49,078 nucleotides of DNA from positions 1 through 49,078 of IMG/VR virus record IMGVR_UViG_3300003541_000001; one strand, 5' to 3'. Shown here piece after piece: positions 1 through 7,972 of this stretch (its first letter is position 1; the number at the start of each line of letters is the position of its first letter). The stretch comes from a virus. The notes under the pieces were generated by a model, which was not told the origin of the DNA, did no database searches, and saw nothing but the letters and a program-made list of their open reading frames with translations. The position numbers and the translations under genes were made by a program.

Positions 1-81
1 CAGATGCTAAAAACCGTAATAAAGTCATAACTAATCGGTACTCTTGAAAGATAGAGTTCGGGAGCAAAATGCAGTATTTGA
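1..81. repeat. Direct terminal repeat, left copy (identical to 48998..49078)
   Basis: The 81 nt cagatgctaaaaaccgtaataaag...gcaaaatgcagtatttga read identically at both window ends. Confidence 0.95.
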
Positions 82-156
82 TAGCTTTTCATTAAGAATC
101 TTTAAGATTTGAAGGTGAAAAAGAAAAGTCTTCACGGGTTAAAAGACGAGGTGTGT

Positions 157-164
157 TAAATTTG
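157..164 (+). promoter_or_regulatory. Candidate -7 promoter box TAAATTTG upstream of the first early gene
   Basis: Matches the Bacteroidota TAnnTTTG -7 motif 17 nt before ATG 181. The -33 element is weak. Confidence 0.3.
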
Positions 165-180
165 GAAATATAAATTGATT

Positions 181-843
181 ATGCCACTAAACGAATCGAA
201 AGGGAATATGTATCCGTGGGTTACCCACACATGGAATACAGTCAAGGGTGAATGTCCTCATGGTTGTACTTACTGCTACATGAAAAGATATGGTAAACAA
301 AGGCCGGTGAGATTTGATGAAAAGGAACTTAATTCTGATCTCGGTAGCGGAAATTTCATCTTTGTCGGATCGAGTTGTGATTTATTTGCCCGTTCAATTC
401 CTAATAAATGGATTACCGACACTCTGAATTTATGTGAATCATACAGAATGAATACTTACTTGTTTCAGACGAAAAACCCCGAAGGCTTTAAGGACTTTGA
501 AATACACATCCCGATGAACTCACGGCTTTGCACCACCATTGAAACCAATCGTTATTATCCACAAATGGGTAATACTCCACATCCTTCTATGCGATCTGAG
601 GATATGCACGATCTGGAGGGATGGCAAAAGTATGTAACCATTGAGCCTATTATGGATTTCGATTTAGATGAGATGGTAAATATAATTCGGTGGTGTAATC
701 CGGTGCAGGTTAATATCGGCGCAGATTCGGGGGGTAATAATCTTCCTGAACCGAGTAAAGATAAACTACTTGTCCTTATTGATGCGCTTCAAGAGTTCAC
801 AACAATAGCAAGAAAGACTAATTTAGCAAGACTCTTAAAGTAA
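181..843 (+). CDS. DUF5131 / phage Gp37-Gp68-like protein with a radical-SAM-type CX3CX2C triad
   Basis: THTWNTVKGECPHGCTYCY, FVGSSCDLF, LFQTKNP, VTIEPI and IGADSGGN are colinear with the Gp37/Gp68 family pattern as I recall it. ATG 181 is preferred over TTG 175. Confidence 0.6.
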   Translation: MPLNESKGNMYPWVTHTWNTVKGECPHGCTYCYMKRYGKQRPVRFDEKELNSDLGSGNFIFVGSSCDLFARSIPNKWITDTLNLCESYRMNTYLFQTKNPEGFKDFEIHIPMNSRLCTTIETNRYYPQMGNTPHPSMRSEDMHDLEGWQKYVTIEPIMDFDLDEMVNIIRWCNPVQVNIGADSGGNNLPEPSKDKLLVLIDALQEFTTIARKTNLARLLK

Positions 844-848
844 AAACA

Positions 849-1475
849 ATGAAAAAGTCTTTTCCATTTGAATATGAAAGATACATTGCCGGAACTGCTT
901 TTTTGAATCGTAGAGAGAAGGGCGCTTACATGGATTTACTTTGTATTCAGGCTGGGAAAGGACATTTAACATTGCAGGAAATTAAGGATATATTGAACGG
1001 TGACTTTGATTGCTGGGAGAAACTAAAGAGTAAATTCATAGAGGAAAACGGGCTATATTATAATAAGAAACTCGAATCGGTGAAACAGGGCAAACACAAA
1101 AAGACAGAAGTGGAGATAATTCAGGATCGTGAAAAGTCCGAACAAATATTGAAAGAAAAACGGATGAAGTTTTACGAGGACTGTAAACCGTTCCTTGCAA
1201 AATATCCTAAAGAGATGCTTCGGGAGTTTTATAATTACTGGACTGAAAAAAACAAATCAGGAACAAAATTGAGATTTGAACTTCAGCAAGTATTTGAAAT
1301 ATCAAAGCGGTTAGTCACATGGGCGAAAAAAGACAAGGAATTTATCAAGGCCGAAACGCCAAAGACTTATTCAGAGATGTTAAAAATGGCTGAAACAGAT
1401 CCACAAATATTCAAGAAATACACTGCTATCAAAAGAGAGGGTGAAAGACAGGCTTTATTTCATCCTAATAAATAA
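849..1475 (+). CDS. DUF1376 (YdaU-like) phage protein, probably replication-associated
   Basis: The N-terminus YERYIAGTAFLNRREKGAYMDLLCIQAGKG resembles the DUF1376 signature. Confidence 0.5.
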   Translation: MKKSFPFEYERYIAGTAFLNRREKGAYMDLLCIQAGKGHLTLQEIKDILNGDFDCWEKLKSKFIEENGLYYNKKLESVKQGKHKKTEVEIIQDREKSEQILKEKRMKFYEDCKPFLAKYPKEMLREFYNYWTEKNKSGTKLRFELQQVFEISKRLVTWAKKDKEFIKAETPKTYSEMLKMAETDPQIFKKYTAIKREGERQALFHPNK

Positions 1476-1478
1476 AAT

Positions 1479-1793
1479 ATGGAACGTCCATTGAATGAAA
1501 TATTAGATTATGTCTGCTGGCATTACAGAATGTCAAAAGAAATGGTTATATCCAAAAGTCAAAAGAGGGATATTGTCAAAGCCAGGGATATGATATTACT
1601 TTTGGCTGGACTTGGCAGGGATGAGGATATTGCAGAATTATTAGGAAGGACAAGGGTTACACAGGTTAACCATCGTAAAAAGTTATACGGTTATTTAAGA
1701 TTCAATAAGAATTTACAATCTGAATACGATGAAATGAAAACGGATTTAAGGTATTTTGAAGTAGGAAGGCCGTTAAGCGCAATCCGGTTATAA
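1479..1793 (+). CDS. DnaA domain IV-like helix-turn-helix protein (stand-alone)
   Basis: ILDYVCWHYRMSKEMVISKSQKRDIVKARDMILLLA...LGRTRVTQVNH is colinear with the DnaA C-terminal DNA-binding domain, though divergent. Confidence 0.5.
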   Translation: MERPLNEILDYVCWHYRMSKEMVISKSQKRDIVKARDMILLLAGLGRDEDIAELLGRTRVTQVNHRKKLYGYLRFNKNLQSEYDEMKTDLRYFEVGRPLSAIRL

Positions 1794-1836
1794 ATTGCGA
1801 TCATTTGGAAAATTACGATATTAAAACTATTTAACT

Positions 1837-2607
1837 ATGGAAATAACAGTTGAAACAATCAAAAAGACGGTTGCGGATTATTACAAGCAGCCTATTGAGT
1901 TTATTAATATCACTTGTCGAGACAAGGAGTTTGTTTTGATTCGCCACATAACAATGTATTTCATTTGGAAGTTATTAAAATATCCTTATGCTAAAATAGG
2001 TGAAGAGATAGGAGGTCGCACACACGCAACGGTTATAAATGCGATAAAGAAGGTTAATGGCTTTATTGATACTGATAAAGATTACTCGTATCATATCTCA
2101 AAACTCAATGTCAGATTCGAGGAAATTAAAAACGGCATTTCTATTATCCCGACAAAAACCGATCCTCCAGTAATAGTAAATAGAGATATTATCATTAATG
2201 ATGTTTTCAGGGGATTAGTTAAAAAGGGACTTGTAAAAAATCAGGATAAGGATGCAATTATACAGGCTTTTAATTATATCTGGACCTGTGGAATCCGGTA
2301 CAGGAAAGGAGTACCAAGTGGTAAGGGAGTGCCTATATCAGTGTTCAATAAAGATAATATTAAAATATATGAATTTGCTAATGCTAAAGAAGCGAGTAGG
2401 AAATTAGGAATACCTGCGAATACTGTTTATGATGCGATATATAAAAATCACGGAACAAAGAAGGGATATATTTTTAAGAGGGATATAAAGCCCGAACTTC
2501 CCAAAGTGGGAACTAATACGCCTCATCAATTTGTTGAGAAATTACCAATGATGCCAAGCCCGGAGGATAGTTACCATACAATTATGCAAGGACACTTTAA
2601 TCATTAA
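1837..2607 (+). CDS. DnaA domain IV-like DNA-binding protein fused to a NUMOD/homing-endonuclease-type C-terminal HTH
   Basis: ITVETIKKTVADYYK...IGEEIGGRTHATVINAIKKV closely parallels E. coli DnaA VTIDNIQKTVAEYYK...[20 protein letters not shown]. The C-terminus IYEFANAKEASRKLGIPANTVYDAI is NUMOD1-like. Confidence 0.7.
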   Translation: MEITVETIKKTVADYYKQPIEFINITCRDKEFVLIRHITMYFIWKLLKYPYAKIGEEIGGRTHATVINAIKKVNGFIDTDKDYSYHISKLNVRFEEIKNGISIIPTKTDPPVIVNRDIIINDVFRGLVKKGLVKNQDKDAIIQAFNYIWTCGIRYRKGVPSGKGVPISVFNKDNIKIYEFANAKEASRKLGIPANTVYDAIYKNHGTKKGYIFKRDIKPELPKVGTNTPHQFVEKLPMMPSPEDSYHTIMQGHFNH

Positions 2608-2610
2608 GAT

Positions 2611-3048
2611 ATGACACGAGGTTATTTTGGTATAGGTATTTAAAATGCAAAAACAGAGGCTAATATCGGGACGCTACGGAGAAGTGCATTTATATTTGGG
2701 GCATCATTTATATTCACCATTGGCAATAGATATAAAAGACAAGCAAGTGATACTACTCAAAGCTGGAGACACATTCCGCTTTATAATTATGAATCGTTTG
2801 ATGAATTTTATAAAAGCATCCCGTATGATTGTCGATTAATAGGGATAGAGTTGACAGACAAAAGTATGCCTATTGCAGATTTTAAACACCCCGAACGATG
2901 TATTTATTTACTTGGTGCGGAAGATTCTGGACTAACGAAAGAGGCTATTAATAAATGTCACGAAATAATAATTTTGCCCGGAACGTTCTGTTTAAATGTC
3001 AGTGTTGCTGGGAGTATTGTATTATTTGATAGGATTCAAAAATTATAA
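2611..3048 (+). pseudogene. SpoU/TrmH-family RNA 2'-O-methyltransferase interrupted by an in-frame TAA at codon 11 (2641..2643)
   Basis: One frame reads MTRGYFGIGI*NAKTEANIGTLRRSAFIFGASFIFTIGNRY...LLGAEDSGL...LNVSVAGSIVLFD. No ATG, GTG or TTG occurs after the stop until 2851. Confidence 0.75.
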
Positions 3049-3186
3049 CCATGACAAACAACATTAAGGTATTTGTTATCCCGGCTTTAGGCTTTGGATA
3101 TTTCGAGGAGGAGATCGGCGACCTAATGACTGTTAGGTCTATCCCGATACTCTGTTTTAAGATTAGTACTTACCAATACTTGTAGA

Positions 3187-3891
3187 ATGTTTTCATATTA
3201 CGGAAGTAAGTCAAAGATAGTGGACTATTATCCACCACCAAAATATGGAAAGATTATCGAACCATTTGCAGGATCGGCTCGATATTCATTAAAATATTTT
3301 GATAGAGATATTACTTTAGTGGATAAATATGATAATGTTATTAAAGTATGGAAATGGTTACAGGAATGTAGTAAGGATGATATTTTAAAATTGCCAAGCC
3401 TTAAATCATTAGGGAGGGGATTCGATTTAAGAACTTTGGAACTTTGCGATGGGGCGCTTTTATTTTTAGGGTTTAACGCCGGTATTGCATCTACTTCTCC
3501 GCGCTTTAAGATAAGTCCATTTGCCGCGGAACAAAACGGAATGCAAACTTATATAAAAAGAGTTGCAAATAATCTATGGAAAATAAAACATTGGAAAATA
3601 GAACTTGGTTGTTATACTGAAATTAACAACGCAGAGGCGACATGGTTTATTGATCCACCCTATCAACATGGTGGTCACGCATATGTAGAAAACGAAATTG
3701 ATTTTAAACAATTATCTAATTGGTGTAGAAATAGAATAGGACAGATTATTGTTTGTGAAAATACTAAAGCAATGTGGTTACCTTTTAAACCAATGAAAGA
3801 GTTAGAAGGAGCAATGTTTAGAACCACTGAAGCTATCTGGTCGAATTATCCGACAAATTACGATTACGTTCAACGAAATTTATTCTTATGA
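3187..3891 (+). CDS. D12-class (Dam-like) N6-adenine DNA methyltransferase
   Basis: YYGSKSKIV...IIEPFAGSARYS (motif I) and WFIDPPYQ (motif IV), in the order typical of the MethyltransfD12 family. Confidence 0.7.
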   Translation: MFSYYGSKSKIVDYYPPPKYGKIIEPFAGSARYSLKYFDRDITLVDKYDNVIKVWKWLQECSKDDILKLPSLKSLGRGFDLRTLELCDGALLFLGFNAGIASTSPRFKISPFAAEQNGMQTYIKRVANNLWKIKHWKIELGCYTEINNAEATWFIDPPYQHGGHAYVENEIDFKQLSNWCRNRIGQIIVCENTKAMWLPFKPMKELEGAMFRTTEAIWSNYPTNYDYVQRNLFL

Positions 3892-4340
3892 AACGACTAT
3901 TAACCATTATCCTCTTTTTAGCCCTTGCGGTGCGATCTTACGCACCCGGATATTCAGCCTTGACCATATTCGCTTCGGAGCCTTTCCATAGGTTATTCAC
4001 GCCACAGGAGGTCTCTGAAGCTATTATTTGGGTTGAGACGGGCAATAACGGATCGGGTGCTTATAACAGAATCGAACCTCAAGCGAAAGGGATATTCCAG
4101 CAATGGCCGATCTTTGTTGATGATGTCAACAGGATTTTAGGCTATAAGAAGTTTGCCTATTCCGACAGGCTTATTTCTTCGAGGGCAAAAGCGATGTTTT
4201 GGATATATCAGAAGCACTACAACCCTTCGCTTGACTTTGAAATCATGTGCCGGCTGCAATGTGGTGGCCCCGATGGCCCGGAACAAAGCTGCACCGACAA
4301 TTATCTTGAACTTGTGAAACAGAAACTTTATAACGACTGA
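3888..4340 (+). CDS. Secreted SLT-like lytic transglycosylase or lysozyme
   Basis: N-terminal signal-like MKRLLTIILFLALAV, then IWVETGNNGSGAYN...AKGIFQQ, which resembles the catalytic Glu and GLMQ-type SLT motifs. Confidence 0.45.
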   Translation: MKRLLTIILFLALAVRSYAPGYSALTIFASEPFHRLFTPQEVSEAIIWVETGNNGSGAYNRIEPQAKGIFQQWPIFVDDVNRILGYKKFAYSDRLISSRAKAMFWIYQKHYNPSLDFEIMCRLQCGGPDGPEQSCTDNYLELVKQKLYND

Positions 4341-4990
4341 TGATCGAACTTTTAAATAAAGATTGTATGGAGGTTATGGCTCAATACCCTGATAAGTATT
4401 TCGATCTCGCCATTGTCGATCCGCCGTATGGGGTAAGTCAACCCGCTTTCAGGAAGGAAAGTAAAAATAAAGCCTGTAAACCGACACAATATAATAACGC
4501 CGTTTATAACCAACCCCGCCCATCATCAGGATATTTTAATGAACTTTTTAGGATCTCGAAAGATCAAATAATTTGGGGTGCGAATTACTTTTTATCTCAT
4601 TTAAAGGAGGGTACTAAATGGATCTTTTGGGGTAAACAAACCGAAGATGCACAGTGGGGAGATGGCGAACTGGCATATACTTCGTTTGGTGGTGTGATTA
4701 CAAAATTTGATTTTGCATGGAACGGAATGATACAAGGTGATATGAAACATAAAGAACACCGTATTCACCCCACCCAAAAACCCGTTCATCTTTACAAGTG
4801 GCTTTTAAAGAACTATGCCAAGCCTGAATTTAAGATCATAGACACTCACGGCGGATCTATGTCATCAGTAATCGCCTGTTATGATTTTGGTATTACTGAA
4901 ATGGTTTGTTGTGAGATTGATAAGGAATATTTTGATGCAGCAGTTAAAAGATTTGAAGTTCATAAAATGCAAACAGTAATAAGTTTTTGA
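4340..4990 (+). CDS. N4/N6 DNA methyltransferase (beta class, DPPY before motif I), paralog of 47694..48314
   Basis: AIVDPPYG near the N-terminus; HPTQKPV and IIDTHGGSMSS near the C-terminus. Confidence 0.75.
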   Translation: MIELLNKDCMEVMAQYPDKYFDLAIVDPPYGVSQPAFRKESKNKACKPTQYNNAVYNQPRPSSGYFNELFRISKDQIIWGANYFLSHLKEGTKWIFWGKQTEDAQWGDGELAYTSFGGVITKFDFAWNGMIQGDMKHKEHRIHPTQKPVHLYKWLLKNYAKPEFKIIDTHGGSMSSVIACYDFGITEMVCCEIDKEYFDAAVKRFEVHKMQTVISF

Positions 4991-5098
4991 AATGACCTCA
5001 CCCCGCAAATACGTCCTCCGCTCGAACTTCGACAAGTTAGTCGAAGAGAATAAGTGAAGCCGGAAACACTGATTAAGTAAAATAATTATGAAAATGTA

Positions 5099-5128
5099 TT
5101 GCTTATTGAATTTGATTGTTTATATTTG
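5099..5128 (+). promoter_or_regulatory. Bacteroidota-type promoter (TTG-N19-TATATTTG)
   Basis: TTG at 5099..5101 and TATATTTG at 5121..5128, inside an otherwise non-coding 550-nt gap. Confidence 0.5.
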
Positions 5129-5132
5129 CAGT

Positions 5133-5260
5133 AACCTATTGGAGTGGGTTATGAATAAAAATCAATACATAGGCAAAGAAATTGCCCTGTGGAGTAACCG
5201 GAAAATCATTCTGGTTGCAAAACCATATGACCCACTCCATCCGGTCTCCATAGGGTTTTT
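5133..5260 (+). ncRNA. Candidate structured small RNA or leader ending in a U-run
   Basis: GGAGTGGGT (5141..5149) pairs with ACCCACTCC (5230..5238), and CCTAT (5135..5139) with ATAGG (5250..5254). Internal hairpins are GGCAA/TTGCC and AACCGG/CTGGTT. TTTTT follows at 5256..5260. Confidence 0.4.
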
Positions 5261-5545
5261 GTCACGTGTTTCTTCCTTCTCCGATTCTTCGGTAGTAAAA
5301 GATAATTGTAAAGAGTACGAAAGTCTTTGTGCAAATAGTGACGGGTTTCCGTCCTTGCAGATCAGAACAGACAGAGCGCAAAGATCGGGATGCAAAACGG
5401 TAGTTGAAGATTTGAGGCGTAGCGAATCCGTCCTTTTAAAACAAGGTTAGGGGCATCCCCGTAATATTCTCTTTGAAGTGTTAGCGCACTTACCTCTATT
5501 GCAAGGGATTAGATATTGATTTAAGTTAAACCAAAAGATAAGACA

Positions 5546-6157
5546 ATGACAGACAAGGAATTTTGCAAGTTGTATAATAGTTTCACCGGCGAAGGTGGAA
5601 TGATGAGTGGGTTAGATAGTCCCAAACAACTAACTGAACACCGATTTACTGGATTGGAACTCAAAGAGTTTATCGAACATTGTTTTGCCTCTCAGTTCAA
5701 AGGAATATCAAAGGAGAGATTGAAGAAATTGATTATAGATTGCACTAATAAGTTCATAACTACAACAGGCATGGGGACATCTTTGGATTTATTTGTTGAT
5801 GAATATCTTGCCTCCCTATCAGAGAGCGATAAGGAGATTTCAGGGATTCCGAGTGAGAAGACGTGTCAGACTTGCAAATATGATGAAGGTGGCGATAGGT
5901 GTATTTATGATTGCAATGAGGATTATTCAGGTTATGAAATTAAATCTCTCCCCGCTTCGAGAGTTTCAGAGAGTGAGAAACCTGATAGTGGGATTAACAC
6001 AGAATATAATGATTCATGGAAAGAGAAACCCGCCGAGAGTCATTCCGATCAGATGATAGATAGGATGAACGCCGAGATTTCAGATGAGGGGAATCCTTAT
6101 TTATTAAACGGAGACGAACTCAAGAGAACAGAAGATCAAAGAAAACACGGTAAATAA
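5546..6157 (+). CDS. Hypothetical acidic protein
   Basis: Long ORF on the genome-wide coding strand. I recognise no family. Confidence 0.6.
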   Translation: MTDKEFCKLYNSFTGEGGMMSGLDSPKQLTEHRFTGLELKEFIEHCFASQFKGISKERLKKLIIDCTNKFITTTGMGTSLDLFVDEYLASLSESDKEISGIPSEKTCQTCKYDEGGDRCIYDCNEDYSGYEIKSLPASRVSESEKPDSGINTEYNDSWKEKPAESHSDQMIDRMNAEISDEGNPYLLNGDELKRTEDQRKHGK

Positions 6158-6200
6158 TTCGACGCTATTCAGAGATGGATAAAAGAGAAAGATAAATAAT

Positions 6201-6449
6201 ATGAAAAAAGAAATTACAATAATTGGCACGCCATTAAAGCCCGCAGAAGAAACACTACTCGAATCAATGCGGGATGATATTGTTTTAGGGCCACCCGAAT
6301 CTACTGGCACTTCATATCCCTCAACTGAACCCATGAAGCCATTTATAATTGCCGATCCTTATAAACACATCGAATTTGAAGATTACCAAGATGGCAAGAC
6401 AAGGCGTAGGGAGAGAAGAAAAAGAGAACGGAAAGAGAGAGATAAATAA
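6201..6449 (+). CDS. Hypothetical protein with an Arg/Lys/Glu-rich tail
   Basis: ORF track; C-terminus RRRERRKRERKERDK. Confidence 0.5.
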   Translation: MKKEITIIGTPLKPAEETLLESMRDDIVLGPPESTGTSYPSTEPMKPFIIADPYKHIEFEDYQDGKTRRRERRKRERKERDK

Positions 6450-6462
6450 ATACTACGAGACA

Positions 6463-6600
6463 ATGAAAAATACAAAAGCGATAATGAATTGTGCTAAGTG
6501 GTTATCTTACTGCTTAAAGATTGGCTGGAATAAAAAAGATATAGATGAGTTAGAAAAATTATGGTGGAAATTTCATGATGAAATGGGCAATCTAATTTAA
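6463..6600 (+). CDS. Hypothetical small protein
   Basis: An internal ATG of track ORF 6349..6600, lying just after the preceding stop. Confidence 0.4.
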   Translation: MKNTKAIMNCAKWLSYCLKIGWNKKDIDELEKLWWKFHDEMGNLI

Positions 6601-6649
6601 TCTCCTCGCTCCTAAATAGCAGAATTGATTAGTAAACTTAAAATAGAAG

Positions 6650-6850
6650 ATGATGGAAACAAACGAATTTGAAAAATATTATTTAGGGGATGGTGAGCAT
6701 TACTTCAAATATCGAAGAGATAAATACAACCAAGAATCATGCAGAGCAACTTTATTTAATAGCAAGGGGGAGAAGATAGATGACATTTGCACCGACAACT
6801 TAACACATCATCAAGTTATTAATCGCTTTGAAGTTCGAGTAATGTCTTGA
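6650..6850 (+). CDS. Hypothetical small protein
   Basis: ORF track, + strand, non-overlapping. Confidence 0.5.
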   Translation: MMETNEFEKYYLGDGEHYFKYRRDKYNQESCRATLFNSKGEKIDDICTDNLTHHQVINRFEVRVMS

Positions 6851-6893
6851 TTAGTCCCCGCAAAAGAGTAATTTAACTTAATAAGACAAAGAA

Positions 6894-7082
6894 ATGAAAG
6901 GTGGATTTGATTTATACGGAAATTACTATCCTAATGAAATGGATGCTATTAATGCTGAAATGGCTCAGTGCAATGAGATTGATAATAATATTAATCGAAA
7001 AAAGATTGCAGAGCAAGAAAGAAAAATGAGGCAACTTGAAGAAGAAATTGAACAGTTAAAACTTAACACCTCCTCCAAATGA
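6894..7082 (+). CDS. Hypothetical small coiled-coil protein
   Basis: ORF track; its stop overlaps the next start (ATGA). Confidence 0.5.
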   Translation: MKGGFDLYGNYYPNEMDAINAEMAQCNEIDNNINRKKIAEQERKMRQLEEEIEQLKLNTSSK

Positions 7083-7576
7083 AAGACGAACAATTCAGAA
7101 AGGTAATCATAAAGTCGGAAGCAGACTTGCCGAAGGAAACAGGAATTTATACTGTCCATACGGTACAAGGATTACATGAGTGGCGATTTGATATTCATAA
7201 TAAAACAAGAATTGGACTCATGGGTAGTTCTACTGATGAGTGGTTGCCAGTAGTTGACTGGTACCTTCAGCCCATTTCCGACACCAGGGATGCTGTGATA
7301 GAGAAGATGGAAGAATTGGTTGAATGGCTTGAAGTCGAATGCCAATCTTCAGAAACCGCCGATCTATCTCATTCTTTTGCTGAATGTTTAATGATAAAAC
7401 TCGCAGAGATTTCATACTTAAAAGTAAATGCCCTCCAATCCGAGAGCAAAGAGGGAGATAATCCCATTGCTTTTGAATTTCATAATTACGTGACGGGGCA
7501 TTGTTACGTTGATTATATTTCTCATGTCGGGAAGGAAGAAAAAGACGGATATACTAAAATTCCCTTATACAAATAA
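7079..7576 (+). CDS. Hypothetical protein sharing modules with 7969..8664
   Basis: Shares SDTRDAVIEK and LQSESKEG, with near-identical DNA, with the downstream paralog. Confidence 0.6.
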   Translation: MKDEQFRKVIIKSEADLPKETGIYTVHTVQGLHEWRFDIHNKTRIGLMGSSTDEWLPVVDWYLQPISDTRDAVIEKMEELVEWLEVECQSSETADLSHSFAECLMIKLAEISYLKVNALQSESKEGDNPIAFEFHNYVTGHCYVDYISHVGKEEKDGYTKIPLYK

Positions 7577-7577
7577 T

Positions 7578-7712
7578 ATGGCAAAATTAACGGTAGCTTT
7601 TGTAGATGCTTTGATAAAGCAAGTAACGAAAGGAGATATAAGTTTTTCCCGAATGGTAGAGTTATTGAATGAACAGTCGGGCAAAGAAGAGAAGCGATAT
7701 ATAAATGATTGA
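7578..7712 (+). CDS. Hypothetical small protein
   Basis: ATG lies 2 nt after the previous stop (MAKLTVAFVDAL...). Confidence 0.4.
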   Translation: MAKLTVAFVDALIKQVTKGDISFSRMVELLNEQSGKEEKRYIND

Positions 7713-7741
7713 TTTGTATAAATTTATTAATAACAAATAAA

Positions 7742-7972
7742 ATGGACAGAAATACTTTTTTTAGTGCAAACATCTACTATCAAGAAATTGAGTTGATAAA
7801 GGATAAAAAATCTAAATTAATGAATGTGCCAGATCAGATTATTGAAATTCTGATAGGACATATAGAAATACCAGATGCTGAAGTACGAGATGTTATCAAG
7901 AGAATAAAAAACTTAGGTATATACCTCGATAAAGAAATTGAAGGAAAATATAAAAAAATAGATGAATTATGA
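7742..7972 (+). CDS. Hypothetical small protein
   Basis: ATG 7742 is preferred over the track's TTG at 7709. The stop overlaps the next start. Confidence 0.45.
   Translation: MDRNTFFSANIYYQEIELIKDKKSKLMNVPDQIIEILIGHIEIPDAEVRDVIKRIKNLGIYLDKEIEGKYKKIDEL

Noticed and set aside
555-563. A perfect DnaA box TTATCCACA, plus scattered 8-of-9 matches near 3228, 11281, 12164 and 39070.
   Set aside because: It is a single exact copy inside a coding region, and the partial matches are dispersed. That is the number expected by chance, with no clustering typical of an origin.
849-2607. Same-frame neighbours separated by a single stop (849..1475 with 1479..1793, and 1837..2607 with 2611..3048) as possible read-through fusions or stop-codon recoding.
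   Set aside because: Each downstream ORF has its own ATG right after the stop. Frame coincidence is expected in about one third of junctions. No conserved domain is split across these stops, unlike the TAA at 2641.
2645-2839. 64-aa ORF in frame 2.
   Set aside because: It lies inside the SpoU/TrmH gene, whose frame-1 translation shows the conserved family sequence. It is an alternative-frame artefact.
5088-5450. 120-aa + strand ORF and the overlapping 77-aa minus-strand ORF (5162..5395) in the large gap.
   Set aside because: They overlap each other, span a consensus promoter and an internal hairpin plus U-run, have low-complexity odd composition, and coincide with extensive RNA pairing. The region is treated as non-coding.
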